This document shows positions 1-9,670 of a stretch of DNA of 64,000 nt, one piece after another. The notes beneath the pieces were generated by a model, which had not been told where the DNA came from, did no database searches, and saw nothing but the letters and a program-made list of their open reading frames with translations. Within the stretch, counting starts at the first letter, position 1, and every line of letters starts with the position of its first letter. This stretch comes from an uncultured Actinomycetes bacterium. Lineage in GTDB: Bacteria; Actinomycetota; Thermoleophilia; UBA2241. The stretch lies in the NCBI GenBank assembly GCA_963709345.1, contig CAVPVX010000007.1:384001-448000 (forward strand), written 5' to 3'. The position numbers were made by a program, and so were the translations under genes.

Positions 1-678
1 GAGAGCCGCCGCCTCCACGTCTGCCGCGATCAGGCCCACGTCGCGGAAGCCGTCGACGAGGCGCACGCGCTCGGGGAACCGCCGCGACAGCGCGGCGAAG
101 CCGGCGGCGACGCGCTGCTGGAGTTCCAGCCCCTCGGCCTCGATGCGGTCCGGGGCACCGCCGGCGCGCGCCAGACCCACGACCGGGTCGACGTCGATCA
201 CCAGCGTGAGATCAGGGAGCACGCCCTGCAGCCCGGGCCCGTTGGCGGCGAGCACCTCGTCGACGCCCAGCCCGCGGGCGAACCCCTGGTACGCGAGCGA
301 TGAGTCGACGTACCGGTCGACGACCAGCACGCGGCCGGCGTCCAGCTCGGGTCGCAGGACCGCCGCGACGAGCTGCGCCCGTGCGGCGGCATACAGGAGG
401 GCCTCCGTCCAGGGCGCAAGCGGCGCCGTGCCGTCCAGAAGGATCCCTCGGATGGCCTCACCGGCCGGGGTGCCTCCGGGTTCGCGGATCACGACGCCCG
501 GGGCGTCCGACGGGCCGACGGGGAGACCGCAGGCGACGAGACGCTCGCAGAGCAGCGCCGCCTGCGTGCTCTTGCCGCAACCGTCGCAGCCTTCGAGGCT
601 GATGAGAACGCCTCTGCGCTCGCGGAAGGATGCGGCCGCGCCGCCCCTCTCGTCGGACCTGCTGCGTCGCTCGCTCAT
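1..678 (-). CDS. tmk: Thymidylate kinase (3' end outside window)
   Basis: Manual minus-strand translation from ATG 678 (RBS GAGGAG) gives ISLEGCDGCGKST P-loop, REPGGT and DRYVDSSLAYQG motifs; lies downstream of topA. Confidence 0.92.
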   Translation of the reverse strand, partial: MSERRSRSDERGGAAASFRERRGVLISLEGCDGCGKSTQAALLCERLVACGLPVGPSDAPGVVIREPGGTPAGEAIRGILLDGTAPLAPWTEALLYAAARAQLVAAVLRPELDAGRVLVVDRYVDSSLAYQGFARGLGVDEVLAANGPGLQGVLPDLTLVIDVDPVVGLARAGGAPDRIEAEGLELQQRVAAGFAALSRRFPERVRLVDGFRDVGLIAADVEAAAL

Positions 679-742
679 GTCGTTCTCCTCCGCGAGCCGG
701 CGCGAGCGGCGCCGGCGGCGACTACCGCCGGTTCGCTCGCGC

Positions 743-3007
743 TCAGTCTGCCTTCTTCGCCTTGGCGCGGGCGCGGTACTTCTCCTTGCTCGGACAGTCG
801 ATGTCCACGCAGAGCACCCAGGGCCGGCCGCGACCGCCGCCGCCGACCACCTTGATCTCGGGCCAGCCGCACTCGCCGCAGGCCTTGCCGGTCGGGACGA
901 TGGTCCCGCGCTGCGGCAGCGGGAACGTCTGGCCGCAGCCGCGTCGCGGGCGTTCGCCCTCGGCCGGCGGCGGCGCGGGCGCCTCGCCTTCCTTGCCGAC
1001 GCACGCGGCGAAGCGCTTGCCCGTCTTGCCGCGCATCACGCGCAACTGGCCGCCGCAGTTCTTGCAGACGCCCAGGGTGAGGTCTTCGCGCACGCCGCTC
1101 TTGATGCGGTCGCGGATGTCGTCGATGTGGCCGTTCAGCAGCTTCCACGCCTGCTCGAGCATCTCCTGGCTTTCGGCGACTACCTCCGAGCGGCTGAGCT
1201 CACCCTCGCTGATGCGGTCCATCTGGCGCTCGATCTCCGCGGTCATCTCGGTCGAGGAGATGTCGACGGGCGCCTTCTCCATCGCGGCGTCGAACGCGGC
1301 GATGAGCGCCATGCCGAGCTCGGTCGGTTCCACGGGGTTGTCGCGCACGTAGTTGCGGTCGTAGAGGTGTTGGATGATATCGGCGCGCGTCGCCTTGGTC
1401 CCCAGGCCGAGATCCTCCATCTTCTCGATGAGCTTGCCCTGGCCGTACCGCCCCGGAGGCTGCGTCTCCTTGCTCTCGCTGTGCAGGTCGCGCACCGCGA
1501 GCGTGTCGCCCACGGCCAGCTTGGGGAGCGGCCGCTCGCGCTTGGCGGCGAACTTCTCGTAGACCTCGAGGTAGCCGGGCTCGGCCACGCGGCTGCCGCG
1601 CGCCAGGAAGGGCTCGACGCCGACGCGGAAGTCGACACGCTGACCCTCGATCACGGCGGCCGGGAGCAGCGTCGCCAGGAAGCGACGCACGACCAGGTCG
1701 TAGACCTTGGCCTGGTCGCCGCTGAGCTCCTTCGCGGGCACGCCGACGGGGTAGATCGGCGGGTGGTCGGTGGTGCGCTTCTTGCCTCTGCTTGGCGTGT
1801 ACCTGTCCTGCCTGGCGAGACGCGCGGCGGTAGCAGCGACGGGCTGCCAGCCGGCGAGAGCCTCGAGGCTGCCGCGCAGGTCGAGCGATGGCGGATAGAC
1901 CGTGTTGTCGGTACGCGGGTAGCTGACGAGGCCGTCGAGGTACAGCGACTCGGCGGCGCGCATCGCCCGTGCCGGCGTGATGCCGGCGCCGGACGACGCG
2001 CTCATGAGCGCGGTCGTGTTGAACGGCGGCGGCGGCGAATCCTTGCGCGGCTTGGCCTCGTACGCCGTCACCTCGGCGGTCTCGGCCGCAGCTCCGGCGA
2101 GCGCCGCTTCCATCGTCTCGAGGGTGTCGAAGCGGCCCTTGGCGTGCGCCGCCTCGACGACGTCCTCGCCGTGAGCCAACGTAGCTTTGATCTCCCAATA
2201 CGGCACCGGCACGAATGCGCGTCGCTCCAGTTCGCGGTCGACGATCAGGCGGAGCGTCGGCGACTGCACGCGGCCCACCGAGAGGTAGTCCGACCCGTAG
2301 CGATACGACGCCAGCGACATGAACCGAGTGAGCACGGCCCCCCAGATGAGGTCGATGTCCTGCCGGGAGTGCGCCGCCTCTGCGAGGTTGAAGTCGACGG
2401 TCGACGGCTTGGCGAACGCGGCATTCACCTCTTCGGGGGTGAGTGCGGAGTACCGGATGCGGACGTGCCGGTCGACGACCGCCGCAGGAAGCATCGGCTT
2501 CACGTGCGGGTCGCCCGGCACGGCCGGCTCGGGAGGCGGCGGCGTAGTGCTGCCCTTCTTCGCCCGTTTCTTCTTCTCCGGCTTGTCCCCGGGGTTGTGC
2601 TTGAGGGCGTCGCCGCGCAGGATCTCGATCGCCTCATGGCCGATGAGCTCGCCTTCGCGGTCGTAGTCGGTGGCTATCACCAGGTCGGTGGCGCCCTTGG
2701 CCACCGCGCGCAGGGCGGCCAGCGTGCCGGCGGCGCCGCCGTCGACCACCCAGGCCAAGCCGGGGTTCTCGATCATGTCGCCCAGATACTTGAGGCTCCA
2801 GCGACGATAGGTGTTCGGGAACACGGTCTCCATGACGTGACCGCGCAGACCGATGGCCACGGCATCGTCGCCCTCGAGGGTGAAGTGGTACGAGCGGACC
2901 TTCTGGCGCCCGCGGCCGTGCTCCTTGACGGAGGGCCTGCCGCCGAGGATCTCGGCGATCTTTCTGGCGGCTGAGTCTTTTTCTGTGACGATGAGCTTCA
3001 CGAGCAC
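743..3007 (-). CDS. topA: DNA topoisomerase I (type IA), archaeal-like sequence
   Basis: TOPRIM TEK and ATDYDREGE, SVGRVQSPTL, active-site SYPRT, GLGTKATR, C-terminal Cys zinc ribbons. Confidence 0.93.
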   Translation of the reverse strand: MLVKLIVTEKDSAARKIAEILGGRPSVKEHGRGRQKVRSYHFTLEGDDAVAIGLRGHVMETVFPNTYRRWSLKYLGDMIENPGLAWVVDGGAAGTLAALRAVAKGATDLVIATDYDREGELIGHEAIEILRGDALKHNPGDKPEKKKRAKKGSTTPPPPEPAVPGDPHVKPMLPAAVVDRHVRIRYSALTPEEVNAAFAKPSTVDFNLAEAAHSRQDIDLIWGAVLTRFMSLASYRYGSDYLSVGRVQSPTLRLIVDRELERRAFVPVPYWEIKATLAHGEDVVEAAHAKGRFDTLETMEAALAGAAAETAEVTAYEAKPRKDSPPPPFNTTALMSASSGAGITPARAMRAAESLYLDGLVSYPRTDNTVYPPSLDLRGSLEALAGWQPVAATAARLARQDRYTPSRGKKRTTDHPPIYPVGVPAKELSGDQAKVYDLVVRRFLATLLPAAVIEGQRVDFRVGVEPFLARGSRVAEPGYLEVYEKFAAKRERPLPKLAVGDTLAVRDLHSESKETQPPGRYGQGKLIEKMEDLGLGTKATRADIIQHLYDRNYVRDNPVEPTELGMALIAAFDAAMEKAPVDISSTEMTAEIERQMDRISEGELSRSEVVAESQEMLEQAWKLLNGHIDDIRDRIKSGVREDLTLGVCKNCGGQLRVMRGKTGKRFAACVGKEGEAPAPPPAEGERPRRGCGQTFPLPQRGTIVPTGKACGECGWPEIKVVGGGGRGRPWVLCVDIDCPSKEKYRARAKAKKAD

Positions 3008-3100
3008 CTCATGGAGTCGCGACGGAGTCGACCCGGACTGGGAGGGTTAATACCACCTGACGAACCTGGACGTCGAGATGACGTTTGCCGCTGAACGCCC

Positions 3101-3451
3101 TCAGGCGATGGCGTCGAGGGCCTCGGCGCGAGTGGCGTACATGGCGAAGACGCGGTCGAGCCCGGTCACGCCGAGCACGCGCTCGACGGGCCGGCTGGTG
3201 ACGACCAGCGCCATCGTACCGCCGGCGCCGTGTGCGCGCCGCACACTGCCGATGAGCACGCCGAGCGCCGTCGAGTCGAGGAACGTCACGTCGGTCAGGT
3301 CGATGACCAGCCGGCGCACGCCGTCGTCGAGCAGCTCGACCATGCACTCCTTGAACTGCGGCGCCGTGAAGATGTCGACCTCGCCGGCGACGATGACGAC
3401 CCCGAGGTCGTCGGCCGGGCGTTCACTGAAGACGCTGAAGAGGTCGCTCAT
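3101..3451 (-). CDS. Anti-sigma factor antagonist (STAS domain)
   Basis: GEVDIFTAP and IDLTDVTFLDSTALG motifs; ATG 3451 overlaps upstream stop. Confidence 0.88.
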   Translation of the reverse strand: MSDLFSVFSERPADDLGVVIVAGEVDIFTAPQFKECMVELLDDGVRRLVIDLTDVTFLDSTALGVLIGSVRRAHGAGGTMALVVTSRPVERVLGVTGLDRVFAMYATRAEALDAIA

Positions 3452-4098
3452 CAGTCCGAGTCCTTGGTCGGCGCCGGCGAGGGTGCGTTCGCGTCGATCC
3501 ACTCCTGTACGGCGGCCGCGTCCGGAGACTCGGGCTCGAGCTCCAGGAACTTGGTGAAGGCCAGCAGAGCAGTGTTGATGTCGCCGGCGTTGATGGCGAC
3601 GGTGGCCATGTCGAAGTACGACTGCGCATCCTTGGGCGTGAGCGCCGTGATCTGGCCGTAAACGCTGGTGGCGAGCTGGTAGTCCTCCAGGAAGAGATAG
3701 ACGTCGACCAGCCGCTTCAGCGTGTCGAGCCGCTCCTGCTTCGCCACCGCGCCCTTCTGCTTGGCGAGGAGCTTGTCGGCGCGCGCGAACGCGGCAGCGG
3801 CTTCTCCCCAGTCCGCATCCTGGGCCTCGGAGCCCACCGGCTGTGTGTTGGCGCGGAGCAGGTAGCTCTCGCCGAGGCCGCGCCAGGCCTCCACGTCCTT
3901 ATCGTTCGCCGCGATCGTCGCCCGGTACGCGGCGATGTCGGCCTTGAGCTGCTCGGTCGCCGAGTCCTCGGCGCCCATGAAGTCACAGCCGTTCAGCACG
4001 CCCGAATAGCCGAAGACGAGAAACCCGGCCATCAACACGGCCATCGCACCGAAAACGATGCGCTGCCAGAACTTGACCCTGCGGCGGTCGAGTAGCAC
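3451..4098 (-). CDS. Membrane-anchored tetratricopeptide repeat protein
   Basis: N-terminal TM helix; TPR-like helices (AWRGLGESY, AFTKFLELEP). Confidence 0.7.
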   Translation of the reverse strand: MLLDRRRVKFWQRIVFGAMAVLMAGFLVFGYSGVLNGCDFMGAEDSATEQLKADIAAYRATIAANDKDVEAWRGLGESYLLRANTQPVGSEAQDADWGEAAAAFARADKLLAKQKGAVAKQERLDTLKRLVDVYLFLEDYQLATSVYGQITALTPKDAQSYFDMATVAINAGDINTALLAFTKFLELEPESPDAAAVQEWIDANAPSPAPTKDSD

Positions 4099-5550
4099 TT
4101 AGACCGTCTCCCCTCGGTTGTCTGGTCCGGTGTGCCACCAGCCGGAGCCGGCGGCTCCGACCTGCACCCCGCCCGTCCGGACGCGGTCCTGAAGCTTGGC
4201 CCGGACCCCGATCGCCGCGGCCCTGATGGCCTCGTCGTCGAGATCCACGTACGCCCGGTCACGATAGAGCTCCCGGCCACCGATGACCGTGAGTGTAACG
4301 TCGTCCTGGTTGGCGCCGTACACCAGCGCCGAATAGGGATCGTCGATGGGCGCGAAGTGCGAACGGGCCACGTCGACGGCGATGAGGTCGGCGAACTTCC
4401 CCGGCTCCAGACTACCGACCTCGTCGCCCACGCCGAGCGCCTCGGCGCCGCCGAGAGTGGCAATGCGCACGCACTTGCGCGCGTCGAGAACGCTCACGTC
4501 GCGCTCGACGGCGCGGTGCAGGAAGAGCATCGTGCGCATCTCGTCGAACATGTCCATGATGTTGCTGGAAGCCGGGCTATCGGTGCCCAGCCCGACGCGG
4601 ACTCCCTCGTGGAGCAGGTCGGCGAGCGGGGCGACCCCGCAGCCCAGCTTGGCGTTGCTCTTGGGACAGTGAGCGACGGCGACCTCTTTGGACCGCAGGA
4701 TGCGGATGTCGTCGCGAGTGAGGTTGACGCAGTGCACCGCCAGGAAGTCGCGGTCGAAGACGTCCCACTGCTGGAGGTACTTGATCGGCGTGACGCCGTA
4801 CGGCTGCACGAGCATGCGCTCCCAGCCCATCTTCTCCCGGTAGTCGTGCGCGAGCTTGCCGGAGCCCGAGCGGACATAGGTGAGCTCATCCTTGCTCTCT
4901 GCGACGTGACTCATGACCTTGAGACCCCGGGACCGCGCCAGCTTGGAGACGGCCTGGTAGAGGCGGCTCGACACCGTGTACGGCGCGTGCGGCGCGAGCC
5001 CGACGTCGATCTGCGGAGGAGCGGCGTCCTGGGCCTCGCTCAGCCGGCGCTCGACGTCGGCGAGCGTCTCGTCGAAGCGCGAGTCGTCGACGCCGAACAC
5101 CTCGAGATACACACGACCGCGGAGGCCGAGGGCGCCGGCGGCCTCGAGCGTCACGGCGCCGTAGCTGGTGTCGGCGATCGTGGTGATGCCCGAAGAGACC
5201 GCCTCCATCGCGCCCAGACGGGCGCCGACCAGGTACTCGTCGGGCGTCAGGGACGCCTTGATGTCGACAAGGCTGATGATCCAGTCAGCGAACTGGGCAT
5301 CGTCGAGGATGCCGCGGAACGACGTGTACTCGATGTGACTGTGGCAATTGACGAACCCGGGCATGACGATGGAACGGCCGAGCTCGACGAGGCGCGCGCC
5401 GGGGTGGGCGGCCAACAGCTTGGGAGCCGGACCGACGTCGACGATACGGTCGCCGGCCACCGCGACGCCGCCGTCGGGCAGCACCGGCTTCGCGACCGGG
5501 ATGACCCAGTCGGCGCGATAGATGGTGATGTCGTGGTCGGAGGTGGTCAC
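4099..5550 (-). CDS. Metal-dependent amidohydrolase (MTA/SAH deaminase-like)
   Basis: PGFVNCHSH, PHAPYT, HVAES, HCPKSN and GTD motifs; start approximate. Confidence 0.85.
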   Translation of the reverse strand: MTTSDHDITIYRADWVIPVAKPVLPDGGVAVAGDRIVDVGPAPKLLAAHPGARLVELGRSIVMPGFVNCHSHIEYTSFRGILDDAQFADWIISLVDIKASLTPDEYLVGARLGAMEAVSSGITTIADTSYGAVTLEAAGALGLRGRVYLEVFGVDDSRFDETLADVERRLSEAQDAAPPQIDVGLAPHAPYTVSSRLYQAVSKLARSRGLKVMSHVAESKDELTYVRSGSGKLAHDYREKMGWERMLVQPYGVTPIKYLQQWDVFDRDFLAVHCVNLTRDDIRILRSKEVAVAHCPKSNAKLGCGVAPLADLLHEGVRVGLGTDSPASSNIMDMFDEMRTMLFLHRAVERDVSVLDARKCVRIATLGGAEALGVGDEVGSLEPGKFADLIAVDVARSHFAPIDDPYSALVYGANQDDVTLTVIGGRELYRDRAYVDLDDEAIRAAAIGVRAKLQDRVRTGGVQVGAAGSGWWHTGPDNRGETV

Positions 5551-5705
5551 GTGGCGTCTCGCAGCGGTCGGGACGGGACGGCGGCCCCATCGTGGCCTGG
5601 AGTATAGGGGAGCCTCACGCACACTGGCAAACACCCGCCGCCCAGGCTACCGAGCCGGGCCACCGCGGCAGTATACTCCGGCCAGGCAAGACGGAAGGAT
5701 CCAAC

Positions 5706-6044
5706 GTGCGCGACCGACAAGGACCGAGCTTCTCAGCCGATGTCGTCACCACCGCCGTCTGGGATGCGATCAAAGAAATACCTGGAGTCCGCGACCTCCA
5801 CCGCAACCCGCTGCAGACTCTGGGGGAGCGCGTGCACATGGATCGCCACGGGCCGGTCCGCCTCGACGAGGACGACGACGGACCCGTTCTCGAGGTGCAC
5901 GTGGTCGTCGAAGCCGGAGCCGGCGTCGCCGCGCTCGGCGAGGCCGTGGCACGAGCCGGAGCCACCTATCTGGAGCGCATGACGGGGACGCCGATCACCC
6001 GCGTGGAGGTCTACGTGGACGACGTCGCCGCCCCCGACGAGTGA
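5706..6044 (+). CDS. Asp23/Gls24 family protein
   Basis: EIPGV...V.V.VEAG...YLERMTG..ITRVEVYVDDV pattern; GGAAGG RBS. Confidence 0.75.
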   Translation: MRDRQGPSFSADVVTTAVWDAIKEIPGVRDLHRNPLQTLGERVHMDRHGPVRLDEDDDGPVLEVHVVVEAGAGVAALGEAVARAGATYLERMTGTPITRVEVYVDDVAAPDE

Positions 6045-6640
6045 GAGCGCTCGACCTGACGACGGCCAGCCGCGACCTCCTGGCCCCGGTCTGTGCCTCG
6101 TGTGTCTGGTGGCTGGCGCGGGCCGGCGCCGACACCCGGCCGGGCCTGCGCGAGAACTGGGAGCGGGAAGCCGAAGCCGACGCCGGCTTCTTCGGTCGCG
6201 CCCTTCTCGACGGCGACGCCGTCATCGGGTGGATGCACGCAGCCGCGCCGCGTCTGACGCCTCGGGCGCGCTGTTTGCCCGCCGGCCCTCCCTCCCCGGA
6301 TGCCTACGTACTCACCTGCTCCTACTTCTACGACGAGGAGTACCTGCACGGATTCCAGTTGCTCCTTCAGGAACTCGAGGCGGCGCTCAAGCATCGCCGG
6401 GTGGCGGCGCTCGAGGCCTTTGGCCTGCGGCGCTCGCGTGGCGGCGACGCCTTCCGCGGCTATCTGCGCGAGCTCAACCTCTTCAATCCGGACGTGCTCG
6501 AGGGCGGCGGCTTCAGGCGCGTACAGGAGAAGGGCGAGGTCGCGCGCTTCCGCATCGACCTGGCGGCTCTGGTCGAGACACCGCGCCACAGCGTAGCTTG
6601 GGAACGCGTCAAGGCGCCCGCGGGAGCGCAGCCCGTCTGA
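6041..6640 (+). CDS. Putative GNAT-fold acetyltransferase (actinobacterial type)
   Basis: CASCVWW N-terminus, LPAGPPSPDA.VLTC and ALEAFG motifs; GTG overlaps upstream TGA. Confidence 0.6.
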   Translation: MRALDLTTASRDLLAPVCASCVWWLARAGADTRPGLRENWEREAEADAGFFGRALLDGDAVIGWMHAAAPRLTPRARCLPAGPPSPDAYVLTCSYFYDEEYLHGFQLLLQELEAALKHRRVAALEAFGLRRSRGGDAFRGYLRELNLFNPDVLEGGGFRRVQEKGEVARFRIDLAALVETPRHSVAWERVKAPAGAQPV

Positions 6641-6705
6641 GTAGCCGCCGGGGCGCGCCGTCCACGCCGGCGCCGGAAGCGCTCCGGCGGCCAAGAAGGC
6701 GGCGA

Positions 6706-7968
6706 CTAGCGGTAGAGTCGCGGGAGCCGCTGCTTCCAGTCGTCGGGCACCACGGCCTCGAGCGCGTCATCGAGCGTGACGATGCCGAGCAGGTGCAGTT
6801 CCTCGTCGACGATCGGTATCGCCAGGAGGTCGTACTTGGTCATGACCCGGCCGACCTCCTCCTCGTCGACGTCGGCCGTCACTCTGATGACGTCGTCCTC
6901 CATGAACGCGACCAACTCGTCGTCGGGCGCGGCCAGGACGAGGTCACGGAGGCTCACCACCCCCACGAGCCGCTCTTCGCGGTCGACCACGTAGAGGTAG
7001 GTCATCATGTGCTGCTCGGGCCGCTCCCGGCGAATCCAGTCGAGAGCCTTGCCGGCCTTCGCCGTGTGCGGCAGCATGACGAAGTCGGTCGACATCAGCG
7101 ATCCGGCGGTGTGCTCGGGGTGGCTCGCGAGTCGGCGCAGATCCTGCTCGCGTTTGTCCGGCAGGCGCTCCAGGAGCTCCTGCGCCAGGGAGTCCGGCAG
7201 CTCGCTGAGGATGTCCGCCGCCTCGTCGGCCTCGATGCGCTCGAGGACCAGCGCCGCCCTTTCCAGGGGCATCTCCTGCAGGGCCGCCGTGCACAGGTCC
7301 TCCTCCATCTCCTGCAGCGTGTCGGCGGCCAGCCCGGCGTTGAGCGCGGCCAGCACGGCCGCGCGTTCGCGCGGCCCGACCTGGCCGATGATGTCGGCGA
7401 TGTCCGCCGGATGCAGCTCGGCCAGCTCGGCGAACGCCTCCACGAAGTTGAGCCGCGAAAGACGGAGGGCGATGAGATTGACATCGCTCCAGGGCACGAA
7501 GTCGCCACTCTTGCTGGGCAGGCGGCGCGAGAGGAAGCGCAGGCCGAAGCGGCGCGCCAGCGCGGCCGGGCTCGTGTCGACGCCGGCCACGACCAGCCGG
7601 TCGTCGCGCGTCTCGAGCGCCACATCCTGGACGCGCACGAACGCCCTGCGGCGCATGTCGAGCACCTGGTTGTCGAGCAGCGCGTCAACCAGCGACAGCT
7701 CGTCGGAACGCAGGGATGCGGGCTTCACGGCGGCGTGCGGGACGCCCAGCACCAGCCGCTCGCCGTCGACGTTGATCTCCGCCACCTGCGCCCACGAGGC
7801 CGCGAGCTGCCCGTCGTCGTGCTCGATGAAGAAGGCCGTCACGACGGGCGGGTCCTCGGCGGTGGTCGCCACCACGTCGAGCAACTCCCCGACCTCGACG
7901 CCGTCGGCGTCGACGACCTTCATGTCTTCGAGCTCGGAGAGCGCCAGCGATCCCGGCGTGTCGTCCAT
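6706..7968 (-). CDS. MgtE intracellular-domain / PRC-barrel / CBS-pair protein
   Basis: ELHPADIADII, TAGSLMSTD, YLYVVD..LVGVVSLRDL, KYDLLAIPIVD; no membrane domain. Confidence 0.85.
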   Translation of the reverse strand: MDDTPGSLALSELEDMKVVDADGVEVGELLDVVATTAEDPPVVTAFFIEHDDGQLAASWAQVAEINVDGERLVLGVPHAAVKPASLRSDELSLVDALLDNQVLDMRRRAFVRVQDVALETRDDRLVVAGVDTSPAALARRFGLRFLSRRLPSKSGDFVPWSDVNLIALRLSRLNFVEAFAELAELHPADIADIIGQVGPRERAAVLAALNAGLAADTLQEMEEDLCTAALQEMPLERAALVLERIEADEAADILSELPDSLAQELLERLPDKREQDLRRLASHPEHTAGSLMSTDFVMLPHTAKAGKALDWIRRERPEQHMMTYLYVVDREERLVGVVSLRDLVLAAPDDELVAFMEDDVIRVTADVDEEEVGRVMTKYDLLAIPIVDEELHLLGIVTLDDALEAVVPDDWKQRLPRLYR

Positions 7969-8117
7969 GGACGGTCCACTTCCTTTCGCATCGGGACCCG
8001 ACGAGGATACTCACGCCGCCGGGCGGCAGTCAATCGTGGCCCGCGCAGCAACCTCCCGCGGTGAGATATGCTCTCGCGGTCCGATCCACACCGACCCCGA
8101 AGGAGGACGAGGTCTCA

Positions 8118-9569
8118 ATGGAAGCGTCATCTGAAGCCCCTGCCGGCGTGCTGGAGCGCTTCTTCAAGTTCAAGCAGTGGGACACCTCGGTCAAGCGGGA
8201 CACGCTCGCCGGGCTCACGACATTCATGGTCATGGCCTACATCATCTTCGTGAACCCGAACATCCTGGGACTGGGCGGCGATCCCGCGGGCCTGCCGTTC
8301 GCGGCGGCCCTCACGTCGACCTGCCTCGTGGCCGGCGTCATGACCATCATCATGGGGCTCTTCACCAACCGGGCGTACGCCATCGCTCCGGGCATGGGGC
8401 TCAACGCCGTCGTCGCCTTCAGTCTGGTACTCGGCCAGGGCCTGACGATGGAGAACGCGATGGGCCTCATCGTGCTCGAGGGCGTCGCCATCACCATCCT
8501 CGTCCTGACCGGCTTCAGGGAGAAGATCTTCAAGTCGATCCCGCTCGAGCTCAAGAAGGCGATCGTCGTCGGCATCGGCTTCTTCATCCTGTTCATCGGC
8601 CTCGTCGACGGCGGGCTCATCAACGTCGAGGGCGGCACGCCCGTGGGGCTCGTCGAGCTCGGCACGGTGCCGATGGTGCCGCTGGCGGTGACCGTCGTCG
8701 CCGTCCTGGCAACGATCGTGATGCTCGCGCTGCGCTGGCGTGCCGCGATCCTTCTCGGCATCGTCTTCGCCACGGTGTTCGCCATCGTCATGAACTACAT
8801 CTGGGGCCAGAACGCCGGCTTCCTGCCGGGCCAGGCCGTCCTGCCGACAGAGTTCGTCGCGATGCCCGACTTCAGCCTCGTCGGCGCCTTCGACTTCGGC
8901 GCCATCGGCAAGCTGGGCGTCACCGCCGCGGTGCTCTGGATCTTCAGCCTCATGCTGAGCGACTTCTTCGACACCATGGGCACCGTCGTCGGGGTCGGCG
9001 GCCAGGCCGGCTACCTCGACAAGAAGGGCGACCTCCCGCAGGTCAATCGCCCGCTCCTCGTCGACTCCGTGGCCGCCATCGCCGGTGGCGCCGTGAGCGC
9101 CTCGTCGGCGACCACGTACATCGAGTCCGGCGCCGGGGTCGCTCAAGGCGGGCGAACGGGCTGGGTGGCGGTCGTCGTCGGCGTCCTGTTCCTCGCCGCG
9201 ATGTTCTTCTCGCCGATCGCCGGGATCGTCCCCGGCCAGGCGACCGCGGCGGCGCTGATCATCGTTGGCTACCTCATGATGGCCACGCTCACGAAGGCCG
9301 AGAGCGAGGCCGAGCACGACACGACGGAGCCGAAGGCGGGTATCAACTTCGGCAACCTCGCCTTCGGCCTCCCCGCCGTCCTGATCATCACGATCATGCC
9401 GCTGACCTACAGCATCACCAACGGCATCGGCGCCGGCTTCATCGCCTACGTCCTCATCCGTGTGGTGCAGGGCAAGGGTCGCGAGGTCAACTGGCTGCTC
9501 TGGGTCTCGTCCCTCGCGTTCGTGCTCTACTTCATCTTCCCCTACCTGCAGGCCAAGGGCTGGGTCTGA
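8118..9569 (+). CDS. NCS2/AzgA-family nucleobase permease
   Basis: AGLTTFMVMAYIIFVNP, APGMGLNA, DFFDTMGT, YIESGAGV, PLTYSITNGI. Confidence 0.92.
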   Translation: MEASSEAPAGVLERFFKFKQWDTSVKRDTLAGLTTFMVMAYIIFVNPNILGLGGDPAGLPFAAALTSTCLVAGVMTIIMGLFTNRAYAIAPGMGLNAVVAFSLVLGQGLTMENAMGLIVLEGVAITILVLTGFREKIFKSIPLELKKAIVVGIGFFILFIGLVDGGLINVEGGTPVGLVELGTVPMVPLAVTVVAVLATIVMLALRWRAAILLGIVFATVFAIVMNYIWGQNAGFLPGQAVLPTEFVAMPDFSLVGAFDFGAIGKLGVTAAVLWIFSLMLSDFFDTMGTVVGVGGQAGYLDKKGDLPQVNRPLLVDSVAAIAGGAVSASSATTYIESGAGVAQGGRTGWVAVVVGVLFLAAMFFSPIAGIVPGQATAAALIIVGYLMMATLTKAESEAEHDTTEPKAGINFGNLAFGLPAVLIITIMPLTYSITNGIGAGFIAYVLIRVVQGKGREVNWLLWVSSLAFVLYFIFPYLQAKGWV

Positions 9570-9670
9570 TCACCGCCTCACGCCCGGGCGACCGGGCGGA
9601 CTGAGAACGACGACGGGGGCGGGAGCCATGCGCCCCCGCCCCCGCCGTCGTGACCCTCACCTGCGCCCGG

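Noticed and set aside
143-2974. Long antisense or alternate-frame ORFs (e.g. 143-2974 +, 9650-13042 +, 15693-18419 +, 60591-62720 -)
   Set aside because: Shadows of well-supported genes, expected in high-GC DNA; no recognisable motifs
7969-8117. Purine riboswitch before the NCS2 permease or M-box before the MgtE-domain gene
   Set aside because: Spacer is short and lacks the conserved aptamer sequences; only a small hairpin around a possible -10
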